Shown: positions 8,874 to 18,730, numbered from the stretch's first letter. The stretch: DNA of 64,000 bases from Bacteriovoracaceae bacterium (GCA_035576105.1 DATLXA010000067.1:205082-269081), one strand, 5' to 3'. The notes: generated by a model not told the origin, from the letters alone. Program-made: numbers and translations.

Positions 8874-9673
8874 TTTAACACCTGCTTACTAAGGACGTCG
8901 AACTTCAGGAGAAATTCCCGAGAAAAAACGAATTCGGTGTCGTCGACGTGGCTGATCAGGAACAACCCACGGATGGAATTGGACCCGAAGACCGCGTCTG
9001 CCTTGAAGGCCTGCTCCAGAGTCGTTTCGACCTCGTGAAATTCGTCGAAGTACTCGCAGGCCACTTCGATGACTTTCCTTCTCATCACTCCTTCCAGCAC
9101 GTTCGGTCCGGTAGGAGCGGTGTAGAGTTTATTGTGCCGAACGAAGAAAATGTTGGCCACAGATGATTCGAGAACGGTGTCATCCCGCGAGACGAATAGC
9201 AGATCATCGTCTTCAGGTTTTAAGTAGACCTTCTGTGCGAGGATGCTCCCGAGGTAGTCTCCACTTTTTAAAAACCCCGGCCACCACAGGGGTCTTGAGA
9301 CAACCGGACAGGTGCGCAGGCGTAGGGTCCTTTGGGTGCTCAGATGCTGGAGGTCGAGGGGTGAGCTCTGGAAATTTATCCGGAGATCAGCGATGGAGAG
9401 GATTCCGTTTCTGGATAAACCCCGCGCCTGCTCCTGGTAGACCGTGATCCTCAGGATCTTGTCTCCCGTTTCGAGGGCGCACCTTGTTTCCAACCTGTTC
9501 CGGAAAAGTGCTGTCCAGTCTTCACCTTCGGTGAAAGGACCGTAGACAAATTCTACACCTTTTCTCAGGCGTTCGAAGTGGTGATCAAAGTTATGCATGA
9601 GACCATCGACCACCCGTAAAGTGGTAAAAACTGATTCCCCATACATGAAAGCGCGGTTCAAAGTCTCGATCAT
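8870..9673 (-). CDS. PLP-dependent class IV aminotransferase (IlvE/PabC/Dat family)
   Basis: [22 protein letters not shown] (PLP Lys), [21 protein letters not shown]. Confidence 0.85.
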   Translation of the reverse strand: MIETLNRAFMYGESVFTTLRVVDGLMHNFDHHFERLRKGVEFVYGPFTEGEDWTALFRNRLETRCALETGDKILRITVYQEQARGLSRNGILSIADLRINFQSSPLDLQHLSTQRTLRLRTCPVVSRPLWWPGFLKSGDYLGSILAQKVYLKPEDDDLLFVSRDDTVLESSVANIFFVRHNKLYTAPTGPNVLEGVMRRKVIEVACEYFDEFHEVETTLEQAFKADAVFGSNSIRGLFLISHVDDTEFVFSREFLLKFDVLSKQVLK

Positions 9674-9750
9674 TGTGCCCCTTAAAACTTGGCCGGGATG
9701 AGCGGACCATGATAGCTTTGATCAAGAGTTTCAAACCAGTACTTTTTATA

Positions 9751-10677
9751 ATGCGCATAACCATCATTGGCTTTGGAAACCAGGCAAAGGCCTGGGCTTC
9801 CAACCTGCAAGATTCAAACATAAAAGTAAGAGTGGCCCTCCGGCCCGACAGTCATTCTATCGCCCTGGCAGTAAAAGCTGGATTTGAGGTCGTCTCCACT
9901 TTGGATCCATCTTTCTACCAAGAAGACGCCTACGCCCTATTGACCCCTGATCAAGGGCATCATGAATTTCTGCAAGTCCACGGGTACAAGTTCAGAGCTG
10001 ATACACTGATCCTCTACGCTCACGGATACTCACTCACTAAACATCACTTAGAAAAAACTTATCCCCAGCTCCAGCACCTGCTATTTGCTCCTAAGGCGAT
10101 TGGCTCAGAGCTGCGCAACCAGTTCGTGATCAAGGGCAAGTTAGGTGCGGTCTACTCGCTGGAACACGTGAGGAACAAATCAGTGGTGAAAGACTGGCTA
10201 CTGACACTGGCCCAGGGTTTAGGGATCAACCTCGGTCCGTATGAGACGAGTTTCGAGAGGGAAACCCAAGCCGATCTTTTTTCCGAACAAGGACTCTTGT
10301 GTTCTGTCATCCCCTACACCGCTGTGGAGATGTTCAATCAGCTCACCGAAACCGGTGTCGAGCCGGAGCTTGCGTACTTCGAATGCTGGCATGAGCTTAA
10401 GCTCATCATCAACGCCATGGTAGATAAAGGCCCACAGGGCTTCTTCGACCTCATCAGCCCCAATGCACTGGTGGGTTCAGAGAAAGGCTACCAGAAACTG
10501 ATGACCCCGGAGTTCAAGCACAACCTCGGGTCACTGTTAAAAGATATAAGATCAGGAGAGTTTGATGAAGACCTCGATGCCGCCGACGTGGCAGCTCTAA
10601 GACAGACCATCCGGAAGCGCTTCGCTGGATCCCTGGTGATGACTACGTTTGATAAAATTAACCGAGAATCTAAATGA
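9751..10677 (+). CDS. ilvC: Ketol-acid reductoisomerase (IlvC family), probably acting as ketopantoate reductase
   Basis: IIGFGNQA Rossmann motif, APK, ETQADLFSEQ, PELAYFEC; first gene of the pan/coa operon; start placed at ATG 9751. Confidence 0.85.
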   Translation: MRITIIGFGNQAKAWASNLQDSNIKVRVALRPDSHSIALAVKAGFEVVSTLDPSFYQEDAYALLTPDQGHHEFLQVHGYKFRADTLILYAHGYSLTKHHLEKTYPQLQHLLFAPKAIGSELRNQFVIKGKLGAVYSLEHVRNKSVVKDWLLTLAQGLGINLGPYETSFERETQADLFSEQGLLCSVIPYTAVEMFNQLTETGVEPELAYFECWHELKLIINAMVDKGPQGFFDLISPNALVGSEKGYQKLMTPEFKHNLGSLLKDIRSGEFDEDLDAADVAALRQTIRKRFAGSLVMTTFDKINRESK

Positions 10678-11435
10678 AAAAACTCAACGTCCGGGAGATC
10701 CGGAGATCGAAGCAGAAACAACTCCAGGTCCTGACCTGCTATGACTTCCAGACAGCGCAGATTTTAAATGACTCTGACTTGGAGATGATCCTCGTCGGCG
10801 ACAGTGTCGGAAACGTCGTGCTGGGATACGACACGACCATCGAAGTCACGGTGGCGGAGATGGAAATTTTTGGGAAGGCCGTCCGGCGAGGAGCTCCCGA
10901 TAAGTTTCTTATCATGGACCTCCCCTTCGGCAGTTACTCGACCATCGCGGACGGAATCAAATCCGCCACTCAGCTTTTCAAGAGTACCAAGTGCGAAGCC
11001 GTGAAGCTCGAGGGGGCCTTTCCCTATCAGTTAAAACTCATCGAGCGGCTCACTCAGACTGGAATCGCGGTGATGGGCCACATCGGACTCACTCCGCAGT
11101 CAGTGCATCAGCAAGGCGGGTACTACACCCACGGCAAAACTGAGGACTCCGCGCAGAGACTCATGGCGGAGGCGAAAGCGCTGGAAGCCGCTGGTGTGTT
11201 CTCACTGGTGCTTGAGTGCGTGGAGGAGAAAGTTGCCACCGCCATCACCAGCGAACTCCGCGTCCCGACCATCGGGATCGGCTCCGGAAGGAAAACGGAC
11301 GGGCAGGTCCTGGTGATCAACGACCTGCTCCGGATGGGCCAGCGGACACCCCCCAAGTTCTGCGTCCCGATCGCAGATCTCTATCGGCTCAAGAAAGACT
11401 TGATCGAGGCTTATCTCAAGTCCCAGAGGAACTAA
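10674..11435 (+). CDS. panB: 3-methyl-2-oxobutanoate hydroxymethyltransferase
   Basis: TCYD, ILVGDS, DLPFGSY, AVKLEG, MGHIGLTPQ, PTIGIGSG, DGQVLV. Confidence 0.96.
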   Translation: MKKLNVREIRRSKQKQLQVLTCYDFQTAQILNDSDLEMILVGDSVGNVVLGYDTTIEVTVAEMEIFGKAVRRGAPDKFLIMDLPFGSYSTIADGIKSATQLFKSTKCEAVKLEGAFPYQLKLIERLTQTGIAVMGHIGLTPQSVHQQGGYYTHGKTEDSAQRLMAEAKALEAAGVFSLVLECVEEKVATAITSELRVPTIGIGSGRKTDGQVLVINDLLRMGQRTPPKFCVPIADLYRLKKDLIEAYLKSQRN

Positions 11436-12178
11436 TGCACGGACTGATCACTCTGGATTTTGGTAACACCAACCCACACGCGGCCATCTTTAAGAAAACT
11501 GAGGGATCATGGCGCTTGCTGAAGGCCGTCCCGTGGGTGGAGCTCCCACTTTTTTTGAGCCAGTATCAGTTAGATGCGGGGAACTCATCGATGATCCTGG
11601 CAGAGGTGAAAAATCGAGACCCGGAGCTCCAGCCGTACCTTGAAAAAGGCTTCCTGGTGACACGGGTGAAGGATTACTGGAAAGGAGCTCGCTTCGCTGG
11701 GATGCCGGTGAACTATGCGAAGACTTTAGGAGAGGACCGGTTGATCGAAGCTTTCTACTGCTACAAAAATACTGTGGGACCGACCCTTCTCATCAACGCC
11801 GGTACCTTTGTCACCGTCGATGTGATCTCCAGCGAAGGATTCCTGGGTGGGTATATCATTCCTGGGATGAAGTCCTATTTTAGTTCTTATCAGAACGCTG
11901 AACTCCTCAAAGACGTTCAACTGGGTAAGAATTTTAAGCCAGGACTACCGGCGACGACCGCCGAAGCCATGACTGATTCTTACACTGCCTTTGCCGCGTT
12001 AGCCAAAAAACTCATTGATGATTTTGCTATCTCAAAGGTTTTGATATCAGGTGGAGACTCAAAAAATTGGGAAATCTTGTTGCAGGATGAGAAGCTCACT
12101 CCGGTTGTAGAAACCAATCCCCATTTGATACACTCTGCACTCCTCTACTGGATGACAACACAGATCGAGCCGCTATGA
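11435..12178 (+). CDS. coaX: Type III pantothenate kinase
   Basis: ITLDFGNT, LGEDR, INAGTFVTVD, GGYIIPG, ISGGD; ATG overlaps the panB stop (TAATG). Confidence 0.92.
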   Translation: MHGLITLDFGNTNPHAAIFKKTEGSWRLLKAVPWVELPLFLSQYQLDAGNSSMILAEVKNRDPELQPYLEKGFLVTRVKDYWKGARFAGMPVNYAKTLGEDRLIEAFYCYKNTVGPTLLINAGTFVTVDVISSEGFLGGYIIPGMKSYFSSYQNAELLKDVQLGKNFKPGLPATTAEAMTDSYTAFAALAKKLIDDFAISKVLISGGDSKNWEILLQDEKLTPVVETNPHLIHSALLYWMTTQIEPL

Positions 12179-13407
12179 AAATACTTTTAGCCATCACCGG
12201 ATCAATCGCCTGTTACAAAAGTTACGACGTCGCCCGGCTCCTGGTGAAGGGCGGCCATGAAGTGAAAGTCATTCTCACCAGTGGAGCGCTCGAGTTTATT
12301 AAACCAGAGACTTTCCGGTACCTAGGTGTCCAGGATGTTTTTTTACCCAGCGATGATTTTCGGCCGGCGAAGCTCTCGCAGGAAGCTTCTGTCCTGCACA
12401 TCGAGCTGAGCAAGTGGGCCGAGAAACTGGTGGTCGCTCCCCTGAGTGCCAACACTCTCTCTAGGCTGGCCCTAGGATTGTCCAACGACCTCCTGGGAAG
12501 CCTGTTCCTGGCATGGGCAAAAAAACCCGTGCTATTTTTTCCTGCCATGAACACACTCATGTGGAGCAACCAGGTGATCCAGCAAAACGTCGAGAAGCTG
12601 CGCCAGCAGGATCACGTGGCGGTGGTTGATCCCGTCTCAGGCCTCCTCGCCTGCGGAGACACCGGCGCTGGAAAATTTCCCGAGGTCACCGCCGTGGTGG
12701 ACCTGATCGAGACCCATGAACCCCAGCTGAAAATAAATAAAACAGTCGTCGTCACCGCCGGCGCGACGGCGTCCCCTCTCGATCCGGTGAGGTACTTGAC
12801 CAACCCATCGACTGGGCGGATGGGCATTTCTGTGGCCAAGGCTTTTCTTAGGAAGGGCTATCAGGTAACGGTTCTCGCGGGGCACGAGTGCAGCTCGGAA
12901 GTAGAAAACTTGGCCGGCCACCCGAACTTCACGCTCCACCGGACTCCGACCACCGAGCTGATGAAACAGAAGGCCCTGGAAATCTTTCCACAAACCGACC
13001 TCTACATCTCTACCGGGGCAATCGCTGACATCGAATTCGAAACCGCATCGGTAAAACTCAAAAAAGAAACCATGGGCAGCGCGCTTCCTTTCCGGCAGGC
13101 CGCCGACATCCTCCAGCAGATCCTGAAGCTCAAGAAGCCGGGACAGAAGATCGTGAGCTTCGCCGCTGAGACCAACGTGACAAAAGAAGTGTTCATGGAA
13201 AAAATGACCCGCAAGCCAGTGGACCTGATGATCGGCAACCCGGTCAGCAACGGCCTCATCGCCGGGGCGGTGGTCCGGGGCTTCAAGCACACCCACGGAG
13301 AGTACTACTTCGTCGAAGCCCAGAACATCCATGGCCCTTTTTCTCTCTCTAAAAATGAGGTCGGTGGCCGACTCACGGAATGGTTCGAGGGACAGAAAAT
13401 ATGGTAA
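12175..13407 (+). CDS. coaBC: Bifunctional phosphopantothenoylcysteine decarboxylase/synthase
   Basis: ITGSIACYK, APLSANTL, PAMNTLMW, LACGDTGAGK, TAGAT..PLDPVRYLTNPSTGRMG. Confidence 0.95.
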   Translation: MKILLAITGSIACYKSYDVARLLVKGGHEVKVILTSGALEFIKPETFRYLGVQDVFLPSDDFRPAKLSQEASVLHIELSKWAEKLVVAPLSANTLSRLALGLSNDLLGSLFLAWAKKPVLFFPAMNTLMWSNQVIQQNVEKLRQQDHVAVVDPVSGLLACGDTGAGKFPEVTAVVDLIETHEPQLKINKTVVVTAGATASPLDPVRYLTNPSTGRMGISVAKAFLRKGYQVTVLAGHECSSEVENLAGHPNFTLHRTPTTELMKQKALEIFPQTDLYISTGAIADIEFETASVKLKKETMGSALPFRQAADILQQILKLKKPGQKIVSFAAETNVTKEVFMEKMTRKPVDLMIGNPVSNGLIAGAVVRGFKHTHGEYYFVEAQNIHGPFSLSKNEVGGRLTEWFEGQKIW

Positions 13408-14252
13408 CCCTCATCACCGACGCTGCCGAACTGCGGAGGCTCCGGAGCCTCGAGACCAAACCAGTGGCCTTCGTTCCCACCATGGGAAACCTGCACGCGG
13501 GCCATCTCTCCCTGCTGGAGGAAGCCCTGAGAGACTTCGAAATTGTTTATTTTTCAATCTTCGTCAACCCTAAGCAGTTCGGTCCTCAGGAAGATTTCGG
13601 CAAGTACCCGCGCACCCTCGAAGCCGACGTTCAACTGCTAAGCGACCTACTGAAAGCTCATCCAGCTAAAAAAGTCATCCTCTTCTCCCCCAAGAGTCCC
13701 GATGAAATTTTTCCTGAGAGCGATGACCAGAGAGTTGACGTCACGGGCATCTCCGAGGTGCTGGAGGGGAAGCTCCGGCCCGGGCATTTCTCCGGGGTTG
13801 CCACCGTGGTCCTGCGGCTCTTCGAGTTGGTCAGACCCGTTCGGGCATACTTCGGACTCAAGGACTACCAGCAGTACCTGGTCATCCAGCGCATGGTCCG
13901 GGACCTGGCCTGGCCGATCGAGATCAAGGGCCTGCCCATCATCCGGGAAGAAAGCGGCTTGGCCCTCTCGAGCCGGAACCAGTACCTGACTCCGGAGCAG
14001 AAGACCGGGGCGCTGGTTCTCTATAGGACTTTAACAAAACTCCGCGAGACCATCCAACAAGAAAATGGACCAGCGAAGGCCCGCCTCCTGATCGAGACGG
14101 CTCTCCAAGATAAGAACTGGAACTACCTGGAGCTACGGGATTCCTCCAGCTTCGAGTCGGACGTCTCAAGAAGTAAGAACATCACACTCCTCGGGGTGTA
14201 TCAACTAGGCGCAACCAGGTTACTGGACAACGTGCAAGTGGAGATCGAATGA
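13401..14252 (+). CDS. panC: Pantoate--beta-alanine ligase
   Basis: VPTMGNLHAGH, SIFVNPKQFG, LEGKLRPGHFSGV, YFGLKDYQQ, GLALSSRN. Confidence 0.96.
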   Translation: MVTLITDAAELRRLRSLETKPVAFVPTMGNLHAGHLSLLEEALRDFEIVYFSIFVNPKQFGPQEDFGKYPRTLEADVQLLSDLLKAHPAKKVILFSPKSPDEIFPESDDQRVDVTGISEVLEGKLRPGHFSGVATVVLRLFELVRPVRAYFGLKDYQQYLVIQRMVRDLAWPIEIKGLPIIREESGLALSSRNQYLTPEQKTGALVLYRTLTKLRETIQQENGPAKARLLIETALQDKNWNYLELRDSSSFESDVSRSKNITLLGVYQLGATRLLDNVQVEIE

Positions 14253-15583
14253 ATCAAGATGATTTCAAATTACCGTTAGGCCAGAAGGCTTCCCTCGTCT
14301 CCATCGTCTGCGATAAGTTCGAGAACCACTCCACCATCCTGGAGACGAATAACTCACTCCGGGAGCTGCGGGAACTGCTGCGGACTCTGGGGATCGTGGA
14401 CGGAGAAGATTACGTCCAAAACAGGAAACAGATTGACCCGGCCACTATGCTGGGAGAAGGGAAACTCTTCGAGATCTCCGAAGCCGCCAAAGACGAAGGA
14501 TCGACCCTGCTGGTGTTCGACTTCGAGCTCACCGCCTCGCAGGTCAGAAACATCAAAGAGATCACCAAGCTCGAGGTGGTGGACCGGAACACCGTCATCC
14601 TGGAGATCTTCGCTCACCACGCGCGCACCAAGGAAGCCAAGATCCAGATTGAGATCTCGCGGCTGAAGTACCTGCTTCCCAGGCTCACTTCGATGTGGGG
14701 TCACTTCTCCAAACAACGGGGTGGAGGGATGGCCGTCGGAGGAGAAGGCGAGCAGCAGTTGGAGCTTGACCGGAGGATGGTGCGGGAGAGGATCGAGATC
14801 TATAAAAAGCAGCTGGAAGAAGTGCAGAAGTCACGCGAGCAGCAGCGGAAAAAGAGAAGGCTCCAGGCCGTGACCGCGGCACTGGTAGGGTACACCAACG
14901 CCGGGAAGTCCTCTCTGATGAACCGGTTGTGCAAGGTCAATGTGCTGGAAGAGAATAAACTCTTCGCGACCCTCGACTCAACCTTTCGCACACTGAATCC
15001 GGATTCCAAACCACCGATGATCATGATCGACACCGTGGGGTTCATCTCAAACCTTCCCAACACGCTGATCGAAGGCTTCAAGACCACACTGGAGTCAGCC
15101 CTCGAAGCCGACCTGCTGCTCATCGTCTGTGACATCTCAGACCCGAGCTACCAGAAGCACCTGCGGGTGACCCAGGAGGTCCTGAAAGAACTTAAGATCG
15201 AGGAGAAGCAGCAGATCATTGTGTTCAATAAAAAAGATCTCCTCAGCGATCCGGTGCGCGCGCGGATCATCATGAGAAATTTCCCTAACTCTTTTCTCGT
15301 CTCTTCCTACGATGAACAAGACATGAAAGGTCTCCGGGAATACGTGATCAATCACTTCCTTTCCAAGCAGGACCACTATGACCTTTTCGTCCCCTACGAA
15401 GACGGAGAATCTCATTCGCGGATCCGGGGCAACGCGAACATCATAAACACGGTGGCCCACGAGCAGGGAATCTTCTACCGCATCAGGATCCCGGATTTCA
15501 TTTTTCAGCAACTCGGTTTAAATAATTTTATTCTTGCCCCGGCCGAAGCGAAAGAATGGGAACAAACCCGGACTCTCCTCTAA
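14249..15583 (+). CDS. hflX: Ribosome-splitting GTPase HflX
   Basis: GEGEQQLELDRR, VGYTNAGKS, LFATLD, DTVGFI, NKKD. Confidence 0.96.
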   Translation: MNQDDFKLPLGQKASLVSIVCDKFENHSTILETNNSLRELRELLRTLGIVDGEDYVQNRKQIDPATMLGEGKLFEISEAAKDEGSTLLVFDFELTASQVRNIKEITKLEVVDRNTVILEIFAHHARTKEAKIQIEISRLKYLLPRLTSMWGHFSKQRGGGMAVGGEGEQQLELDRRMVRERIEIYKKQLEEVQKSREQQRKKRRLQAVTAALVGYTNAGKSSLMNRLCKVNVLEENKLFATLDSTFRTLNPDSKPPMIMIDTVGFISNLPNTLIEGFKTTLESALEADLLLIVCDISDPSYQKHLRVTQEVLKELKIEEKQQIIVFNKKDLLSDPVRARIIMRNFPNSFLVSSYDEQDMKGLREYVINHFLSKQDHYDLFVPYEDGESHSRIRGNANIINTVAHEQGIFYRIRIPDFIFQQLGLNNFILAPAEAKEWEQTRTLL

Positions 15584-15629
15584 AATTTACTTGTTCTTGT
15601 GTCCAAAAAAAATTACCCTTTTCGCCTCA

Positions 15630-16070
15630 ATGAAGAAAACTAGAATCATAAAGCCAAAGAATAATCTTAAGACCAGGTGGACTACGCGCCAGTCGAAGTT
15701 TAAAGAAAAAAGTCTTAACCTGGCGCACCCGGTGGTCAAGGCTTCCTACATCTGGTCCATTCTTACCGAGCAACTCGGGGATGTGCTCGGCCCCGAAGTG
15801 CATCACCAATGGTTCAAGCAGGTCAAACCCCTAGTCATCTCACATAATGTTTTAATTCTTGAGGTTCCGAATCATTTCTCAGCGCAGTGGATCCATACCC
15901 ACTACCATGAACTGGTGGACGTACTTTTATCTGTGATGGATAAAAAACTGACGTCATTTTTTGTGTCCCAATCAGAGCGACACCAGGCGCCGAAACTCGT
16001 AAGGAATTTAACGGAAAGCTCCGCTTCTGAAGTAAAGCGTCAAGCCGAAGATGAGCACAGCAAGAAATAA
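15630..16070 (+). CDS. Stand-alone DnaA N-terminal domain (domain I) protein
   Basis: IWSILTEQL...QWFKQVKP...LILEVPNHFSAQWIHTHYHELV matches the DnaA domain I pattern; no AAA+ or DNA-binding domain; start placed at ATG 15630. Confidence 0.75.
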   Translation: MKKTRIIKPKNNLKTRWTTRQSKFKEKSLNLAHPVVKASYIWSILTEQLGDVLGPEVHHQWFKQVKPLVISHNVLILEVPNHFSAQWIHTHYHELVDVLLSVMDKKLTSFFVSQSERHQAPKLVRNLTESSASEVKRQAEDEHSKK

Positions 16071-16140
16071 TCCAACCGCTAAAACGACGTTGTCTTTATT
16101 CATGATTAAATTATAGTGAGAAATCTTTCAAGAAGCCATT

Positions 16141-16494
16141 CTAATTCGTCTTTAGGATCTCTGCGATTCTCTTAGGGAGTTCGAAAGGATTGAATGGTTT
16201 GTCGATCTTGCCACTGATCACTTTCACGAACTCGGGTGGGTCACCGCTGCCGATGGTGATCACCGGTGTGCTCCGAAGGGCCTCACAGGCATGGTACTGT
16301 TTACCCAGGACCTCAGCATGGGCCACCGCGGTCACCAAGTCTAGAACGATCACGGTGGGTTTAAGATCGTCAATCAAGTAAGTGAAGTCTTCGAACTCGC
16401 CCAGCGAGTAGAAGGGCAAGTTCTCCTGCTTGAAGACACGCTCCACCAGGTCACTCACAAAAGTATTCTGATCTATCCACAGGACCAGTCCCAT
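16141..16494 (-). CDS. Single-domain response regulator (receiver-like)
   Basis: VLWIDQ, VIVLDL (phosphoacceptor position), KPF motif. Confidence 0.65.
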   Translation of the reverse strand: MGLVLWIDQNTFVSDLVERVFKQENLPFYSLGEFEDFTYLIDDLKPTVIVLDLVTAVAHAEVLGKQYHACEALRSTPVITIGSGDPPEFVKVISGKIDKPFNPFELPKRIAEILKTN

Positions 16495-16543
16495 GACTCT
16501 CTTCCCTTTGACAAAGGCCGGGCATGATTACTACCATCCGGGG

Positions 16544-16828
16544 ATGGAAAAAGGAAAGCTTAAAATCCAGGTGGTAGATGTGGCAACGAGGCAAGTGCTG
16601 TACGAGTGCCCGACGGACGAATCGGACAAGGCCTTCGAGTACGCGGCCCAGATGGAAGACCTCGGTCTGGACGTAGAAGTCATTTCACCGACCCTCACCG
16701 ACTCTCTTTCAAATTCTCTAGGCCTCTCCAAGGAAGCCCAGGACACCTTTAAGCAGAGCCTCGAAGACGAGATGGAATCACACGACGGCTCCTGCTGTTT
16801 CAAAGACGAAGACAAGACTGTTCACTGA
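16544..16828 (+). CDS. Hypothetical acidic protein
   Basis: Open frame with native codon usage; C-terminal SHDGSCC; start placed at ATG 16544. Confidence 0.6.
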   Translation: MEKGKLKIQVVDVATRQVLYECPTDESDKAFEYAAQMEDLGLDVEVISPTLTDSLSNSLGLSKEAQDTFKQSLEDEMESHDGSCCFKDEDKTVH

Positions 16829-18615
16829 AACTTCCGCCCGAAATGCAAGAACACTGATCTCGGCATCACGCTGTACCCGTAGAGCTCCTCGTAGTCCCGG
16901 TTAAAGATGTTCAGCACCTGAACACCCAGGTCTGTGTCCGCGAAGGTCTTTTTCATCCCCACTTCCACCGCTTCGAAACCACTGAGCTTCACCATCTTCC
17001 CGGTCAGGTCCAGGTCCTTCCTTGAGTCAAAGAACCGGTAGCGGATACTGGACTCCAGGCTCTCGTCATAGAACCAGGCGAGGGCCACCGAACCGTAGTT
17101 CAGTGGTCTGCGTAAGACCGGTGACCTCTCATCTATGAACTTCTGATGAGTGAAAGTAGAAGAAACCTCCCAGGCGTCTTGCCGGAATTTAACCGAGCCG
17201 TCCACACCCTGTGAAGTGAACTTCCCTTGGTTGAGGTATCCGAGATTCGAAAAGGTGATGAGGTTGGTGAGCTGGTTCTGAAACAGGGTCACACTGGTGC
17301 CGACCTTCTGGAACTCGCGTCTCCAGGAGACTTCCCACGAATTATTCCTCTCGGGCCTGAGCTTCTCATTGCCCAACGGAGTGCCGAAGATGGGAGGCCC
17401 GTAGAGTTGGTACAAAGACGGAGCCTTGTACCCTTGAGAATACTGAAGCGAGAACGTATCTGGTCCCGGAGCGAATGAAACTCCGGTCGATCCGGTACCG
17501 AAGCCGCCGTAGCGGCTATGGCCATCGAGCCGAGCGCCGGCCTGAAACTTAAGACTGCGAACCTGCTGGGACCCCTGTAAGAAAACCGAGTGCAAAAGAA
17601 AACTCTGATCCACCGCCGTCGATTCGGACCCTTCGCGGTCCGTGGCCAAACCTGCTAACACTTCACTTTCTTCGAAGCTCCGCCGGTAGAGGAACTCGTG
17701 CTGGAGGAGGTCGCCTTGGTAAGTCTCGTTTCCTACGCTCAATGATTTTATAAACCTCCGGTGGCCGGTGTAACCATTCCGAAGTGAAACCGAACTGGAT
17801 TCACTGAGCTTAAACCTCGTCTTCTGCTGGAGCACCAACTGATCGTTAGCACTCCGGTCATAGGAATCATCCATCCCGAAAGTGTCAAACTCATTTTTCC
17901 CTCGCAGGTAGGAGACCAGCAGGTCACTCTCAACCCTACTTTGCCACTGATGGTTTGAAGAAGAAGTGAGCTGCGTAATATCCGCACTATCCTTTTCTTT
18001 TGCTTTGAACCTTTTTCGGTTTAAGCGGGAGATTCCGTCCGTGTGGAAGCGAGTAACGGTGAACGTGCCTCTGTTCGAACCGCTGCTCCAGTCCCTGGAG
18101 AGAGAGCTGTCGATCGTCCCGAAGCTTCCTCCGTTGAGCGAGAACCTGGTCTGCCCCGGTGACTCTCCTTTCCGGGTGATCATCTCCACCGTGCCGCCCA
18201 TGGCATCAGATCCAAACAAGACTGCCTGGGGACCCTTGTGAAGCAAGACTCCCTTGATGAACGCCGAGGTCATAAACGCCGAATCAAACTGCCGGTCGGT
18301 GTTGGAAGGATCGTTTATCTTTAACCCGTCCAGGGTGAAGGACACGTGCCGGCTCTCCGTGCCCCGGATGAAAAAAGACACCCGTCCTCCCGGACCACCG
18401 TTTTGACTGGACACCAGTCCCTCAGTGGCCTGGAGGGAACTCGAGATGAGTGAGGTGGGGCTGGTCTCGAGTAAGTAATCGTCGATCTGGATGGTTTCCG
18501 CGAAGGTAAAGATGTTCACATCTTTCTGTGAGGTGACTCGGATGAGTTCGAGCTCCTCGGCGCGCAGGGTGGACGAGAGAAGTAAGACAACTAATAAGAG
18601 GCACCAGTGAGACAT
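16822..18615 (-). CDS. btuB: TonB-dependent receptor, BtuB-like cobalamin transporter
   Basis: Signal peptide, TonB-box-like LIRVTSQ, plug motifs FIRG and YGSDAMGG-like LFGSDAMGG, C-terminal barrel end; preceded by a cobalamin riboswitch. Confidence 0.8.
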   Translation of the reverse strand: MSHWCLLLVVLLLSSTLRAEELELIRVTSQKDVNIFTFAETIQIDDYLLETSPTSLISSSLQATEGLVSSQNGGPGGRVSFFIRGTESRHVSFTLDGLKINDPSNTDRQFDSAFMTSAFIKGVLLHKGPQAVLFGSDAMGGTVEMITRKGESPGQTRFSLNGGSFGTIDSSLSRDWSSGSNRGTFTVTRFHTDGISRLNRKRFKAKEKDSADITQLTSSSNHQWQSRVESDLLVSYLRGKNEFDTFGMDDSYDRSANDQLVLQQKTRFKLSESSSVSLRNGYTGHRRFIKSLSVGNETYQGDLLQHEFLYRRSFEESEVLAGLATDREGSESTAVDQSFLLHSVFLQGSQQVRSLKFQAGARLDGHSRYGGFGTGSTGVSFAPGPDTFSLQYSQGYKAPSLYQLYGPPIFGTPLGNEKLRPERNNSWEVSWRREFQKVGTSVTLFQNQLTNLITFSNLGYLNQGKFTSQGVDGSVKFRQDAWEVSSTFTHQKFIDERSPVLRRPLNYGSVALAWFYDESLESSIRYRFFDSRKDLDLTGKMVKLSGFEAVEVGMKKTFADTDLGVQVLNIFNRDYEELYGYSVMPRSVFLHFGRKFQ

Positions 18616-18619
18616 ACGA

Positions 18620-18730
18620 GATCCTCCACGGGAATGTCTACGGTGAGGCCGTATCTGACTTACCTCGAGAGGATCACAGTTGCGGGACAGTGCTGGATTC
18701 ACACCAGCTTCCGGGGACTCAGTCCGGGGA
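18620..18730 (-). promoter_or_regulatory. Cobalamin riboswitch (compact, class-II-like)
   Basis: Minus strand GGAA-GCTGGTG-TGAA-TCCAGC-ACTGTCCCGCAACTGTGA-short hairpin-AAGTCAGATAC (B12 box), then a hairpin covering the GGAGG SD. Confidence 0.9.

Noticed and set aside
9747-9752. TATAAT next to the ilvC start
   Set aside because: It overlaps the ATG itself, so it cannot be the -10 for this start.
9751-10677. Calling the reductase PanG
   Set aside because: The sequence has IlvC/KARI motifs over its full length, not the Rossmann+DUF2520 architecture associated with PanG.
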